Of a DNA stretch of 38,567 bases, positions 29,459 through 38,427 are shown piece after piece. The stretch comes from a bacterium (GTDB lineage Bacteria > Patescibacteriota > Patescibacteriia > UBA1558 > S5-K13). The stretch spans positions 1 through 38,567 of the forward strand of contig JAKPTO010000015.1 in the NCBI GenBank assembly GCA_029555085.1, written 5' to 3'. How positions within the stretch are numbered: the stretch's first letter is position 1; every line of letters begins with the position of its first letter. The notes beneath the pieces were generated by a model that ran no database searches, had not been told where the DNA came from, and saw only the letters and a program-made list of their open reading frames with translations. The position numbers were made by a program, and so were the translations under genes.

Positions 29459-29487
29459 ATTACATTAAAACACATAAAACCGCAAAT

Positions 29488-29520
29488 AAAAAAGCCGATG
29501 GGGTTAAACCCGAACGGCTA
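29488..29520 (-). terminator. Intrinsic terminator after the small Cys-rich ORF
   Basis: Minus strand agccgttcgggtttaaccccatcggct followed by tttttattt. Confidence 0.65.
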
Positions 29521-29572
29521 ATTATCAAAAAACCCTCCTTGTCTTTTCTTTTTAAATTTATTTGGAGCAAAT

Positions 29573-29752
29573 CTACGCTCCGGATTTCTTTTTTTGTTTT
29601 CTCCCGGTAGAATCAGAAAGTTCTCTTGCAGATGGATCTTTTTTAAAGGAGCATACACCACCTGACAAACAAATTCCATCAAATATACACTCACTAGTTG
29701 TTTTTATGTTCACAGAACACCACCTTGGTTTAATATTTGTTTTTTTAGACAT
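29573..29752 (-). CDS. Small Cys-rich basic protein (59 aa; start probably 29752)
   Basis: AGGAGG SD; TTGACA promoter at 29804-29809; own terminator; four Cys (C-x9-C-x5-C-x5-C). Confidence 0.6.
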   Translation of the reverse strand: MSKKTNIKPRWCSVNIKTTSECIFDGICLSGGVCSFKKDPSARELSDSTGRKQKKKSGA

Positions 29753-29811
29753 TATAATTCCTCCTATGAATATTTGAAATATATTATAAAAAAAATAATT
29801 TTTTGTCAATT

Positions 29812-29841
29812 AAAAACAGACCAAATAAATGGGCTGTTTTT
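29812..29841. terminator. Hairpin terminator (A/T tails on both sides)
   Basis: aaaaacagacca-aataaa-tgggctgttttt. Confidence 0.6.
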
Positions 29842-29853
29842 AGATATCAAATA

Positions 29854-29952
29854 TTATTGAACCCTAATTGTTGGTTGAACAAATTCCTGAATCAAATCAC
29901 AACCAAGTGGACGCCCAGAACCATCATCAAATCCAGTCCCACAACTAGACAT
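29854..29952 (-). other. 32-codon ORF or gene remnant, MSSCGTGFDDGSGRPLGCDLIQEFVQPTIRVQ
   Basis: ATG preceded by GGAG; protein-like composition; followed by a terminator. Confidence 0.35.
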
Positions 29953-29981
29953 ATTTTATTACTCCGTTAAATAACTCACTA

Positions 29982-30803
29982 TTATTTAATGTATGTAAAT
30001 GGTTCTGTTATTTTCCCACATTTAATTTCTAAATCTGCAGATCCAGTTTTCAAAAAATTTGTTTCATAAATCCAGCATGCTATTTCAGAATTATTGAATC
30101 CCCTTATAGTACCAACCCCATCCGCAGAATTGTATTTATTTTCATTTAAACCAAAAGAATTAAAAAATCCACCAACCAAATCATTTCCAGATTTATTTAT
30201 AATAACTTGATTTAATTTTATCCCCTTACCAGTTATAGATGTTATATCAGAACTTGAAAAACTATATTCAAATGTTATATTGTTATTAATCTGGGGATTA
30301 TAAACTCCAAATTTCGCACTTAAATCTTGTAATATTTGAACGATTGAATCTTTTACCATGTATTCCTCAATTTTCTCCAAATCTCTATTTGTTATTCCAA
30401 GCGACAATCTTCTAAATAAATTCATTAGATTTCCCCATGTAACCTCGTGTTTCATTCCATTTGAATCTATATACCATATTCTTCCCTTATCTTCTACTTG
30501 TAGAAGTAATCTTCCTTTTAATCTATTTCCTAGGGTTGTTGATTTTACTTCTGAAATTTGATCTAAATCTTTATTGGATATTCCTAAAGATAGTTTTTCA
30601 AATAAAGGAAGTGCATTAGCAAATGTTACTTCATATCTTTTTGAATCATCTGGATTTACATACCATATTCTTCCTTTGTCTTCTACTTGTAGAAGTAATC
30701 TTCCTTTTAATCTATTGGATAAATTCTTGTCATAGCTTGCCGCTGAAACAAAAGTTACAACAACCAGCATCATGACTAAACTAATAAAAAGTACTTTTTT
30801 CAT
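29982..30803 (-). CDS. Secreted protein with two tandem RLKGRLLLQVEDKGRIWY repeats (CPR-type surface domain)
   Basis: Signal peptide; duplicated ~63-aa unit; unrelated C-terminal domain. Confidence 0.8.
   Translation of the reverse strand: MKKVLFISLVMMLVVVTFVSAASYDKNLSNRLKGRLLLQVEDKGRIWYVNPDDSKRYEVTFANALPLFEKLSLGISNKDLDQISEVKSTTLGNRLKGRLLLQVEDKGRIWYIDSNGMKHEVTWGNLMNLFRRLSLGITNRDLEKIEEYMVKDSIVQILQDLSAKFGVYNPQINNNITFEYSFSSSDITSITGKGIKLNQVIINKSGNDLVGGFFNSFGLNENKYNSADGVGTIRGFNNSEIACWIYETNFLKTGSADLEIKCGKITEPFTYIK
30471..30716. repeat. 57-bp intragenic direct repeat (30471-30527 and 30660-30716)
   Basis: The two copies differ at only 2 positions, both synonymous. Confidence 0.9.
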
Positions 30804-30825
30804 AGTTTTGTTTCTTGATTATTAT

Positions 30826-32637
30826 TTAAATATTGATTTTGTTTAAATCCTCTTCGTTTAAATTTGACCATTTTATAAATTTGTCAAAAAACTTATTCGT
30901 CTGTGACTCACTCATAAATTGTAACTTATTATCAATAGAAATAAAAGGGAATAAATATATTTTATAGTTTTCCTTATTATTTATATCTATTGAAATTCCA
31001 ACTGATAATCCCTCTTGCGTGTCATATGAAAAATATTGATCAAATATAAAATTACCCAATGAATAAAAAATTGGTTTATCTTTATATATTTCCATTCCCT
31101 GAACAACATGTGGATGGTGACCAATAATAAAATCCGCGCCATTGTCAATAAATGAATACGCAACCTGTCTTTGCAGGTCTCCATTTATATGTGTATATTC
31201 CGTGCCCCAATGAACATTAATTATTACAATATCAGAATTTTGTTGTAAATTTTTTATTGTCTCATTTGCATTATTTAAATCAAAAGTGCCATAAACCATA
31301 CTAAAACCAGCTGTTCCTATTTTGTAACCACCAATGTTTATAATTTTTGAACAATTCTCTGATTGCCTATCTGCACAACCAGAATAATTAAAACCTAATT
31401 TTTCTAAATTTTTATAAGTTTCCTCTAATCCTCGTTTCCCTTGATCTGTTATGTGATTATTTGAAATGTTAAAAAAATTAAAATTATAATCATGCAATTT
31501 ATTAACCAAACTAGGATCAAAAGCAAAATCATACGCAACTTTTGGCTCATAATGATCCCCATTATCAGTTACAGCACCTTCGAGGTTGAGAGATATCATA
31601 TCAGAGCCAACAAAAAATCTTTTTTCCTCCCCAGCAAAATCTTTCAATATATGATCTAAATCAGAATTATTTATTCTTTTTTTAACACTTCTGTCCAACA
31701 TCACATCTCCAAAAAATAAAAAATTCATGACACTTTCTTTTGATTTATCACCACGAGTAAAATAGAAAAAATTATGACTTGTTGTTGGTTCATATTTTTG
31801 ATTCATCAATGTTCCAGAATCAGTTGTAAAAATTAGTTCACTTTTTTGTAATTCATTTAATTCTAAATATTTTAAAAGTAAATACACTGATGGCGGAGAA
31901 TCAATTTCCATACTATAAATTCTATCAAAATCAAAATTTTTAATTATTGAATTGCTTCTATTGTCATGAAAATTAGCAGTATTAGTTGTTTGATAATGAG
32001 AAAAATCAACACTTGATAAAATTAAAATATCATTTTTATTTGTGTTTTTAGAAATTTTTTCTGCTAATTTTTCTAAATCCTCTTTTTTTGTGTTTACTTT
32101 TAAAAGTATTGGCAATATTTTCGAATTTGGAAATGTTTTTTTTATAAACGAAACCAACCCAGGGATAGAATGCTCACTATCAAAAACATTCTCCTCTATT
32201 GATAAATCTAATTTTTCTATAAGTTGTGAATTTGATTCAATATTTCCATATGGCGTAATCCAAACACCGTTTGATGAAATTATATCTGATTTTCCTGCAT
32301 TAAAATGATTTGGAGCAATTAAAATTATTGTTTTATAATTATTATCTTTAATTCCCTCAAAAAAAGCCGCAATTTTATCTTTAACAATCAAGTGATGTGG
32401 CAAAATTCCCCCATAAACTCTATAATCTGGTTTTCTTACTTGTTGTTCTACATTTTGATACGCTTCATCAAAAAATTCATGATTCATGAAGTATGAATAA
32501 TGTTTTGTTTTTGAAATATTTTTAGAAAAATCTTCAAAATATACATTTCCCTTGTCTTTATATACAAAAAATATAAATCCTATTTGAATAGCAAACAAAA
32601 TCAACAATAAAACAATAATTTTTCTTATTTTTGACAT
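30826..32637 (-). CDS. Membrane-anchored Memo (AmmeMemoRadiSam protein B-like) + CapA/PGA_cap metallophosphatase fusion
   Basis: Memo motifs GILPHH, APNH, EHS and SSVDFSHY; CapA motifs GDVMLDR, NLEG, SNNHITD, HWGTE, IGHHPHVVQ and YSLGNFIFDQ. Confidence 0.88.
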   Translation of the reverse strand: MSKIRKIIVLLLILFAIQIGFIFFVYKDKGNVYFEDFSKNISKTKHYSYFMNHEFFDEAYQNVEQQVRKPDYRVYGGILPHHLIVKDKIAAFFEGIKDNNYKTIILIAPNHFNAGKSDIISSNGVWITPYGNIESNSQLIEKLDLSIEENVFDSEHSIPGLVSFIKKTFPNSKILPILLKVNTKKEDLEKLAEKISKNTNKNDILILSSVDFSHYQTTNTANFHDNRSNSIIKNFDFDRIYSMEIDSPPSVYLLLKYLELNELQKSELIFTTDSGTLMNQKYEPTTSHNFFYFTRGDKSKESVMNFLFFGDVMLDRSVKKRINNSDLDHILKDFAGEEKRFFVGSDMISLNLEGAVTDNGDHYEPKVAYDFAFDPSLVNKLHDYNFNFFNISNNHITDQGKRGLEETYKNLEKLGFNYSGCADRQSENCSKIINIGGYKIGTAGFSMVYGTFDLNNANETIKNLQQNSDIVIINVHWGTEYTHINGDLQRQVAYSFIDNGADFIIGHHPHVVQGMEIYKDKPIFYSLGNFIFDQYFSYDTQEGLSVGISIDINNKENYKIYLFPFISIDNKLQFMSESQTNKFFDKFIKWSNLNEEDLNKINI

Positions 32638-34433
32638 TATTTATGAAGTGCCCCTCCCCACTCTACAACTGTAAATCCTATTCTTGGAGTTGTTTTTATA
32701 ATTTGTGGTTTTACGCTTATTGGATTGTCCATACCCTCAAAATCCATAAACACTCTTATTATTGTGTCTGGCTTTGGACTTACAAAAAGTGGAGCTAATT
32801 TATCAAATTGTTCTTGCGGTACAAATGTTATAAAATAATAATTTTTATCTTGCATTTTTGGTAACCAAAATTCTATAAATTCACTATACTCTTTTTCTAT
32901 TAAACCAAATTTTGCTAGCTTTTCTTCTAAAAATTTTTTTACATCACTTTTTGCTACTACAAATCCCTGCTCTGGTCTTTTGTAATTCATTCCATGACCC
33001 TCCCAAAATAAATACGGATAAGTATTTTTATCATTATAATTGTACAAAGTTCCATCTGTATGCGCTTTTACAAACCAACCATCATTATAAGCTGGCTCTG
33101 TTATTGTAAATCCGCCTGTTGGAAATACTTTTACAGAAATGTCTGTTGTTTTTGTAGGGTAAAGATAAATTACAGGTTTCCCACACTCAACAGCTGGCAA
33201 GTATTTTGCATTTTTAAATTCAATAAATTGACCAAATGGATCTTTCCAGAAAATAAGAGGTTTTTGCGTTACAAATTCTTCAAATGAAATTTTTTCATAT
33301 GGTTTCTGTGTTGCAGGATCGTATCCTGGATAATAGGAATCATACATTGATTTTAATTTACTTTGAAAATTATTATCTCTTAGCGCATAAATTGAATCTC
33401 CGGTGGAAGTTTTTCCAATTTCTCTCAAGTCATTTTCAGTAACATAATCAGCATAAGCATAACATGTAGTTCCACCACAACCACTAACAACACTGAGAGT
33501 ATATTCATTATTATTTTTCGTTCCATCTGACCAAGTAATATCTAATTTATATGGAACAACCCCTGAAACATCTGATTTAGTTTTTTGACCCAAAAATTGT
33601 AAATTAAAAGAATATTCCCTCGCTGTTCCATCATTTGCTTTCACAATCAAACAACTAGTCATATTATCTATATAAACATAATTTTTATCATCATATTGAA
33701 ATATTTTTTTTGGGTTAGCGTAAGAATCCATCATTTTGTATGGCTCTGTTTGATTTTTTACCAGGTTAATTGAACTTGGAGTATTTATTATGTCTGGAGT
33801 TTCTAAATTAACTATACTTATATTATCATTAACAATAAATAATTTTTTATAAAACATTGATAATTCCTCTGAATATTTACCAAGAACTATTAAATCATCG
33901 TTATTTTTGATAACTCTAAGCATTGTTCCACCACTAATAGCCATATCATTTACTGGCAAAAATAAAATTACATATAAATCATTTCCTTGATATTCCTCTT
34001 TTGTAATTGTACCAACTTTATATACATCAAAATCATTAATTATATTATTTACTTCCAATTTTAAACTTTGAAACTCTGAGTCACTTTCTAATATTTTCTG
34101 AACAACTGTGTGGTTAAAAATATCCCATCCAGTTTGTTTAACTGGCCAGTCAAACCACTCAACTAAAATTTCATCATCTTTCAATATAATTTCTTCTGTA
34201 GTTGTAGTGTCGCTTTCTTGATTATTTATCTCTTCATTGATTATTTGATTTATTTTTTTATTTTGAGAATTTTTAAAAATATAATAAAAAGCCCCCGCAT
34301 TTCCCATAAATAAAAGCAATATAACAAAAACCAACAAATAATTTATTAAATTTTTTTTCTTACCCACAGTAGAATTCATTGAATCTTTTTGTTCTAAATG
34401 CGTATTCAATTCATTTAAATTTTGTTCATTCAT
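32637..34433 (-). CDS. Membrane-anchored hypothetical protein with C-terminal KPVIYLYP...YLFWEG...VVEWGG domain
   Basis: Single N-terminal TM; conserved C-terminal domain of unknown function. Confidence 0.8.
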   Translation of the reverse strand: MNEQNLNELNTHLEQKDSMNSTVGKKKNLINYLLVFVILLLFMGNAGAFYYIFKNSQNKKINQIINEEINNQESDTTTTEEIILKDDEILVEWFDWPVKQTGWDIFNHTVVQKILESDSEFQSLKLEVNNIINDFDVYKVGTITKEEYQGNDLYVILFLPVNDMAISGGTMLRVIKNNDDLIVLGKYSEELSMFYKKLFIVNDNISIVNLETPDIINTPSSINLVKNQTEPYKMMDSYANPKKIFQYDDKNYVYIDNMTSCLIVKANDGTAREYSFNLQFLGQKTKSDVSGVVPYKLDITWSDGTKNNNEYTLSVVSGCGGTTCYAYADYVTENDLREIGKTSTGDSIYALRDNNFQSKLKSMYDSYYPGYDPATQKPYEKISFEEFVTQKPLIFWKDPFGQFIEFKNAKYLPAVECGKPVIYLYPTKTTDISVKVFPTGGFTITEPAYNDGWFVKAHTDGTLYNYNDKNTYPYLFWEGHGMNYKRPEQGFVVAKSDVKKFLEEKLAKFGLIEKEYSEFIEFWLPKMQDKNYYFITFVPQEQFDKLAPLFVSPKPDTIIRVFMDFEGMDNPISVKPQIIKTTPRIGFTVVEWGGALHK

Positions 34434-34459
34434 ATTTATAAAATTAATTATTATCTATA

Positions 34460-34921
34460 TTAATAATGATACTCCTTATCCTTTAAAATACAAACACTTC
34501 TATAAATTTGCTCCAATAATATTAGGCGCGCCATTGTGTGAGTAAAAGTTAATTTTGATAATGATATTAAATTTTTGTTTTTTAATATTTCACGATTATA
34601 ACCAAGCGCGCCTGCAATAACAAAAACTATTTTTCCATTTTCTTTATCTAATTTATATGCAAATTCGCGCGACCCCAAACTATCCCCATATTCATCTAAA
34701 AAATATATAGTAGAATCTTTTTCCTTGAAAAGTGCTTCTTCAAGTCGCGCGCTTTCAATTGCCACTGCTTTTTGTTTATTACTAGAAGAAAATGACTCGC
34801 TTTTTAATTCAATAATTTCAATTTTTGCGTAAGGAGACAATCTTTTTATGTATTCTAAAATTCCGCGTTCAATCCATTTTTCTTTTATTTTCCCAATTGT
34901 AATAATTTTAATATCAAACAT
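34460..34921 (-). CDS. rlmH: 23S rRNA (pseudouridine1915-N3)-methyltransferase
   Basis: ITIGKIKE, EYIKRL, FVIAGALG, SLSKLTFTHTMARLILLEQIYR, YHY. Confidence 0.93.
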   Translation of the reverse strand: MFDIKIITIGKIKEKWIERGILEYIKRLSPYAKIEIIELKSESFSSSNKQKAVAIESARLEEALFKEKDSTIYFLDEYGDSLGSREFAYKLDKENGKIVFVIAGALGYNREILKNKNLISLSKLTFTHTMARLILLEQIYRSVCILKDKEYHY

Positions 34922-35077
34922 TTATATTATTGTTCATTTATTTAAAATTATTTATTTTTTTTGAATAACTCTTTCTACTTCATAAAATTCCATCGGTATA
35001 ATTTTATGTCCTTGTAACTTCTGACACTATTTTATCATATTTATAATATATTTATAATATGAATCACACTGTAAAAA

Positions 35078-35106
35078 TTGACTTTTTATATTATTTATGA
35101 TATAAT
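35078..35106 (+). promoter_or_regulatory. Near-consensus sigma70 promoter with extended -10
   Basis: TTGACT-N17-TATAAT with TGn immediately before the -10 element. Confidence 0.75.
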
Positions 35107-35139
35107 TATAAATTAATATTAAAAAATATGGAGGAGATT

Positions 35140-35655
35140 ATGAAAATCATCATAATTCACGGAAACCTCAATCGGGGATCAACATTAAATGAGGACTCTA
35201 TAGATAGAGCCAATAAGGCGCTCGAAATACTCGAGACAAACTCATATGACTCTATTCTAGTAACAGGAGGAATTTTTGAGAGATTTCAGGGTAATATTTC
35301 TGTGGCTAAAGCAATAAAAAATTATCTTGAAACCAAGAGAGTTCTTTTACCTGTCGAAATTGAAGAAGAAAGCTTAACAACAATTCACAATGTCGAGCTT
35401 TCTGCCAAAATAATTAATTCAAAGGATGAGGTAACTGTTGTAACCTCCAACTACCACGTTCCGAGAACTTGGTTAGCTTGGAGATTGATCGGAAAACGCA
35501 ATATTAAAATTGTTGGCGCTAATTCAAAAATAACGCCCAAAAAATTCTTTATTGAGTTTATAGGTATTGGCGTCGTTATTGCTTATTTTTTAGGATTTAA
35601 ATGGCTAGAACTCTGCTTCAGAGCCAAGGCCAGAACAATAAAAGCGATTGACTAA
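35140..35655 (+). CDS. YdcF/DUF218 (ElyC/SanA-like) protein (start probably 35140)
   Basis: ILVTGG, EEESLTTIHN, VVTSNYHVPR; SD GGAGG precedes the ATG at 35140. Confidence 0.85.
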   Translation: MKIIIIHGNLNRGSTLNEDSIDRANKALEILETNSYDSILVTGGIFERFQGNISVAKAIKNYLETKRVLLPVEIEEESLTTIHNVELSAKIINSKDEVTVVTSNYHVPRTWLAWRLIGKRNIKIVGANSKITPKKFFIEFIGIGVVIAYFLGFKWLELCFRAKARTIKAID

Positions 35656-35672
35656 CCATCAATCGCTTTTTT
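35641..35672 (+). terminator. Intrinsic terminator of the DUF218 gene
   Basis: aaagcgattga-ctaacca-tcaatcgcttt followed by ttt. Confidence 0.8.
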
Positions 35673-35681
35673 ATTTGAAAT

Positions 35682-35713
35682 AAAAAACATCAGATTTTAA
35701 CTGATATTTTTTT
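35682..35713 (-). terminator. Terminator downstream of tRNA-Gln
   Basis: Minus strand aaaaaatatcag-ttaaaat-ctgatgtttttt. Confidence 0.6.
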
Positions 35714-35714
35714 A

Positions 35715-35788
35715 TGGCTCCGGGACATGGATTTGAACCACGATTACTAGGGCCAGAACCTAGCGTCCTACCATTAGACGATCCCGGA
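35715..35788 (-). tRNA. tRNA-Gln(CTG)
   Basis: Acceptor stem TCCGGGA/TCCCGGA, anticodon arm CTAGG-TTCTGGC-CCTAG, T arm CGTGG-TTCAAAT-CCATG, discriminator G, encoded CCA. Confidence 0.96.
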
Positions 35789-36017
35789 ATATATAAAATA
35801 TTATATTATATAAATATTAATTTAAAAACACTTCTTTTATCCTAATCAATTTTGTATTAATTCAATTTCTTTATTAAATATGTCGAATAAATTCGCTATT
35901 TAGAATTTTTATATTATACTATAAAAATTTTGAAGTGACAATCCTTACTTTTGGATTTGCGTATCAAGGTTAGTAAAATGATTTCAATTTTTGCGAGGAT
36001 CTTAATTAAGAAACCAT

Positions 36018-36043
36018 AAAAAAATATCCCGCCTCACGGGGTA
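36018..36043 (-). terminator. Intrinsic terminator after dnaX
   Basis: Minus strand taccccg-tgagg-cgggata followed by ttttttt. Confidence 0.65.
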
Positions 36044-36071
36044 CTTTCATTATTCTAAAATAATTTATTAA

Positions 36072-37634
36072 CTAAGAAATCACCTCTCCGCCCAATTCAT
36101 TAATCAAACCATTTATTGTATCATCATTTTCTTTTGCTATATCATTGTATATTGCACTTGTTACAGAATTTCTATTTTCTTTGTAGTTTGTATCAACTTC
36201 AGCATCAATTAAAACTTTCTCATTAAGTATTCCAGATAAAACTTCTTCAATATTTTTTTTATGATGTGGTTCTAAAATTCTATCTGTGTGAAATTTAAAT
36301 TCAAATCCAATTATTATTTTATTTCCCTCAATTCTAAGCGGATGTCCTACTTTTAAAAATGCTGAAAGTGAATGATTGTAATCTTTTAAATTAACGAGTA
36401 ACTGTGGCCATATTTTTACTATATCTGATACTTGTGATTGCAATGCACATTTTTTCGAAGTATCTGAATGTTTTTTTTCATTATTGTCTATACTAGAACT
36501 CTTTTTTGATCCAAAATCTATTTTGGCAACATTAATTGATCTATCTAAAAATGTTTTTATGGAAATTATAGCCATTTCTAATGGTAGTTGTTTGAATCTA
36601 TCATTTTTTAAATTGTCAAAAGCATTAACAAATTCTTTCAAAATAATGTTCCAAGTATTTAAATCGAACTTTTCTGCTTGTTCTATTATTTTTTCTTCTA
36701 TGTTGCGCTCAACATCCCATAAATATTTTTCAGACGCGCCTGAAATTTTTACAAGCACTATTTTTCTTAAATAATTTATTAATTCTTCTGTAAAATAATT
36801 TAAATCTAAACCATCAGTTATTAAAGAATTAATCACTTTTATACTATAATCAAATTTTCTAAATACTAAACTGTCAACAAGTTCTATAATTGGAGTAAAA
36901 TTTGATTCTGGTAAAATTAAATCCGCTGTTTCGCTACTTACTTCGTTATTCTCAGAAAGCGAAAGAATTTGACCAAGCGTTGAAAGCGCATCTCTTACAT
37001 AACCACCGCTACGCCTAGCTATTTTGTCAATTATTGAAATATCAACCGTGATTTTTTCTTTTAAACAGGTTTCTTTTAAATAATTTTTTAATTTTTCAAT
37101 ATCCACAGTTTTAAAATCAAATTTTTGACAACGAGATATAATTGTTTGTGGAAATTTATGAGCTTCTGTAGTAGCAAGTATAAATACCACATGCTTTGGG
37201 GGCTCTTCCAATGTCTTTAAAAGCGCATTAAATGCTTCTATTGTTAACATGTGCGCTTCATCTATTATAAATACTTTATATTTATTTTTATGTGGAGCGT
37301 ATTTGACAACCTCGCGAAGTTCTCTTATTTCATTAATTCCACGATTAGATGCGCCATCTATTTCTACTAAATCCAAATTATTCCCCCCTGTCATTGATAG
37401 ACAAGAATCACATTCATTACATGGTTCATATGTTGTTTTTCTTTCACAATTAATGGCTTTTGCAAAAATCCTAGCAAGAGTTGTTTTTCCTATTCCTCTT
37501 GGTCCGGAAAATAAATAAGCATGAGCTATTTTATTATTTAATATCTCATTTTGAAGAGTCAATTTTATATGTTCCTGACCTATAACTTCTTCAAATTTTT
37601 GTGGTCTATATTTTCTGTATAGAGTTTGTGACAT
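36072..37634 (-). CDS. dnaX: DNA polymerase III subunit gamma/tau (start probably 37634)
   Basis: LYRKYRPQKFEEVIGQ, GPRGIGKTT, PCNECDSC, IIDEAHML, LLKTLEEPP, SRCQ. Confidence 0.97.
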   Translation of the reverse strand: MSQTLYRKYRPQKFEEVIGQEHIKLTLQNEILNNKIAHAYLFSGPRGIGKTTLARIFAKAINCERKTTYEPCNECDSCLSMTGGNNLDLVEIDGASNRGINEIRELREVVKYAPHKNKYKVFIIDEAHMLTIEAFNALLKTLEEPPKHVVFILATTEAHKFPQTIISRCQKFDFKTVDIEKLKNYLKETCLKEKITVDISIIDKIARRSGGYVRDALSTLGQILSLSENNEVSSETADLILPESNFTPIIELVDSLVFRKFDYSIKVINSLITDGLDLNYFTEELINYLRKIVLVKISGASEKYLWDVERNIEEKIIEQAEKFDLNTWNIILKEFVNAFDNLKNDRFKQLPLEMAIISIKTFLDRSINVAKIDFGSKKSSSIDNNEKKHSDTSKKCALQSQVSDIVKIWPQLLVNLKDYNHSLSAFLKVGHPLRIEGNKIIIGFEFKFHTDRILEPHHKKNIEEVLSGILNEKVLIDAEVDTNYKENRNSVTSAIYNDIAKENDDTINGLINELGGEVIS

Positions 37635-37719
37635 TTCTATGATTCTTATCAAGAATTAATATTCTAAACATATTTTACTTGAAAAACAAACTTAATTCAA
37701 ATATTTGATTTTTATCAAT

Positions 37720-37746
37720 AAAACGGGGTTTTAATCCCCGTTTTTT
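37720..37746. terminator. Hairpin terminator (possibly bidirectional)
   Basis: aaaacgggg-ttttaat-ccccgtttt. Confidence 0.7.
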
Positions 37747-37765
37747 ATATATACATAATTAAAAA

Positions 37766-38353
37766 TTATATTTCGTAACCTATGGTATCATCAACCTTCA
37801 AATCCATATTATTATTTGTGACATTTATAATATTTTCAACAGCACAATAAACCGACTCCCCATCTTTTGGAACAAGAGCAATTACCTCATCACCATCCTC
37901 ACCTCTAAAATATGTAACACTGGCTTTTATAACTTTATATTGTCTACCTTCTGCCATTATAGTAAATTCTCCTGTTATAATATCTTTTGATAAAATCCCC
38001 TTTATTCTTTTTCTCTCAATTGGGGCAATTTGTTTATAAACAAAACTTCCGTCGGATTTTATTGTTAATTTCAAAATATCTCCCTCAACTAATTTTGATT
38101 TTGAACAATAGTTTGCTGGAATTGAATATCTTTTACCATCTGGACCTATCATTTGTGTTCCATCAAAAACGCCCTCGATAATTTTCGTATTGCCTTGCAT
38201 TGTCTCCGATCCTAATGACTTTGCCTTACTTAAAAAATCAGAAGAATAATTTGGTGCTTCAAAACCAAATTCATTAAAAATTGCTTTTGCTTTATTTATT
38301 TGAAGCTCTATTTGAGCAATGATCTCTCTGAGTTCTTCGATATTATTAAACAT
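37766..38353 (-). CDS. Conserved hypothetical protein typical of CPR bacteria
   Basis: IIEGVFDG..MIGPDGKRYSIPANYCSKSKLVEGDILKLTI..DGSFVYKQI motif; N-terminal coiled coil. Confidence 0.75.
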   Translation of the reverse strand: MFNNIEELREIIAQIELQINKAKAIFNEFGFEAPNYSSDFLSKAKSLGSETMQGNTKIIEGVFDGTQMIGPDGKRYSIPANYCSKSKLVEGDILKLTIKSDGSFVYKQIAPIERKRIKGILSKDIITGEFTIMAEGRQYKVIKASVTYFRGEDGDEVIALVPKDGESVYCAVENIINVTNNNMDLKVDDTIGYEI

Positions 38354-38427
38354 TTTATTTTTATTTTATTTTTGATTTTTGTTTATATAAATATTATACA
38401 ATATTTTATATTTTTTTCCAATACCTA

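Noticed and set aside
30491-30695. Two copies of CTTCTACTTGTAGAAG resembling a Cas12a repeat stem (TCTAC..GTAGA)
   Set aside because: Only two copies, 189 bp apart and in frame within a duplicated protein domain (LLQVE); no spacers or cas genes.
34940-35040. Short minus-strand coding-like stretch (QKLQGHKIIPMEFYEVERVIQKK) upstream of rlmH
   Set aside because: Interrupted by a stop right after the first ATG, too short, and no recognisable motif.
35715-35788. tRNA-Gln as an integration site for an island
   Set aside because: No duplicated tRNA 3' end and no integrase found in the window.
35790-36017. Possible ncRNA (e.g. SRP RNA near dnaX) or small ORF in the dnaX-tRNA spacer
   Set aside because: No SRP-like conserved loop or long stem and no ORF with a credible start; a covariance-model search would be needed.
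1419-38181. Numerous 60-160 aa ORFs in the track antisense to or nested in long genes (e.g. 3001-3477, 21675-22157, 23951-24283)
   Set aside because: They are shadows of well-supported genes and have no motifs or initiation signals.
37766-38353. Possible ribosomal protein L7/L12 label, which I recall being attached to this family
   Set aside because: The sequence has no L7/L12 features (no Ala-rich hinge, no KEAKDLVE-type C-terminal domain).
188-38353. Alternative genetic code (UGA=Gly, as in Gracilibacteria/Absconditabacteria)
   Set aside because: Conserved genes are full length under code 11 with normal Gly codons, and TGA serves as a stop (e.g. at 7814).
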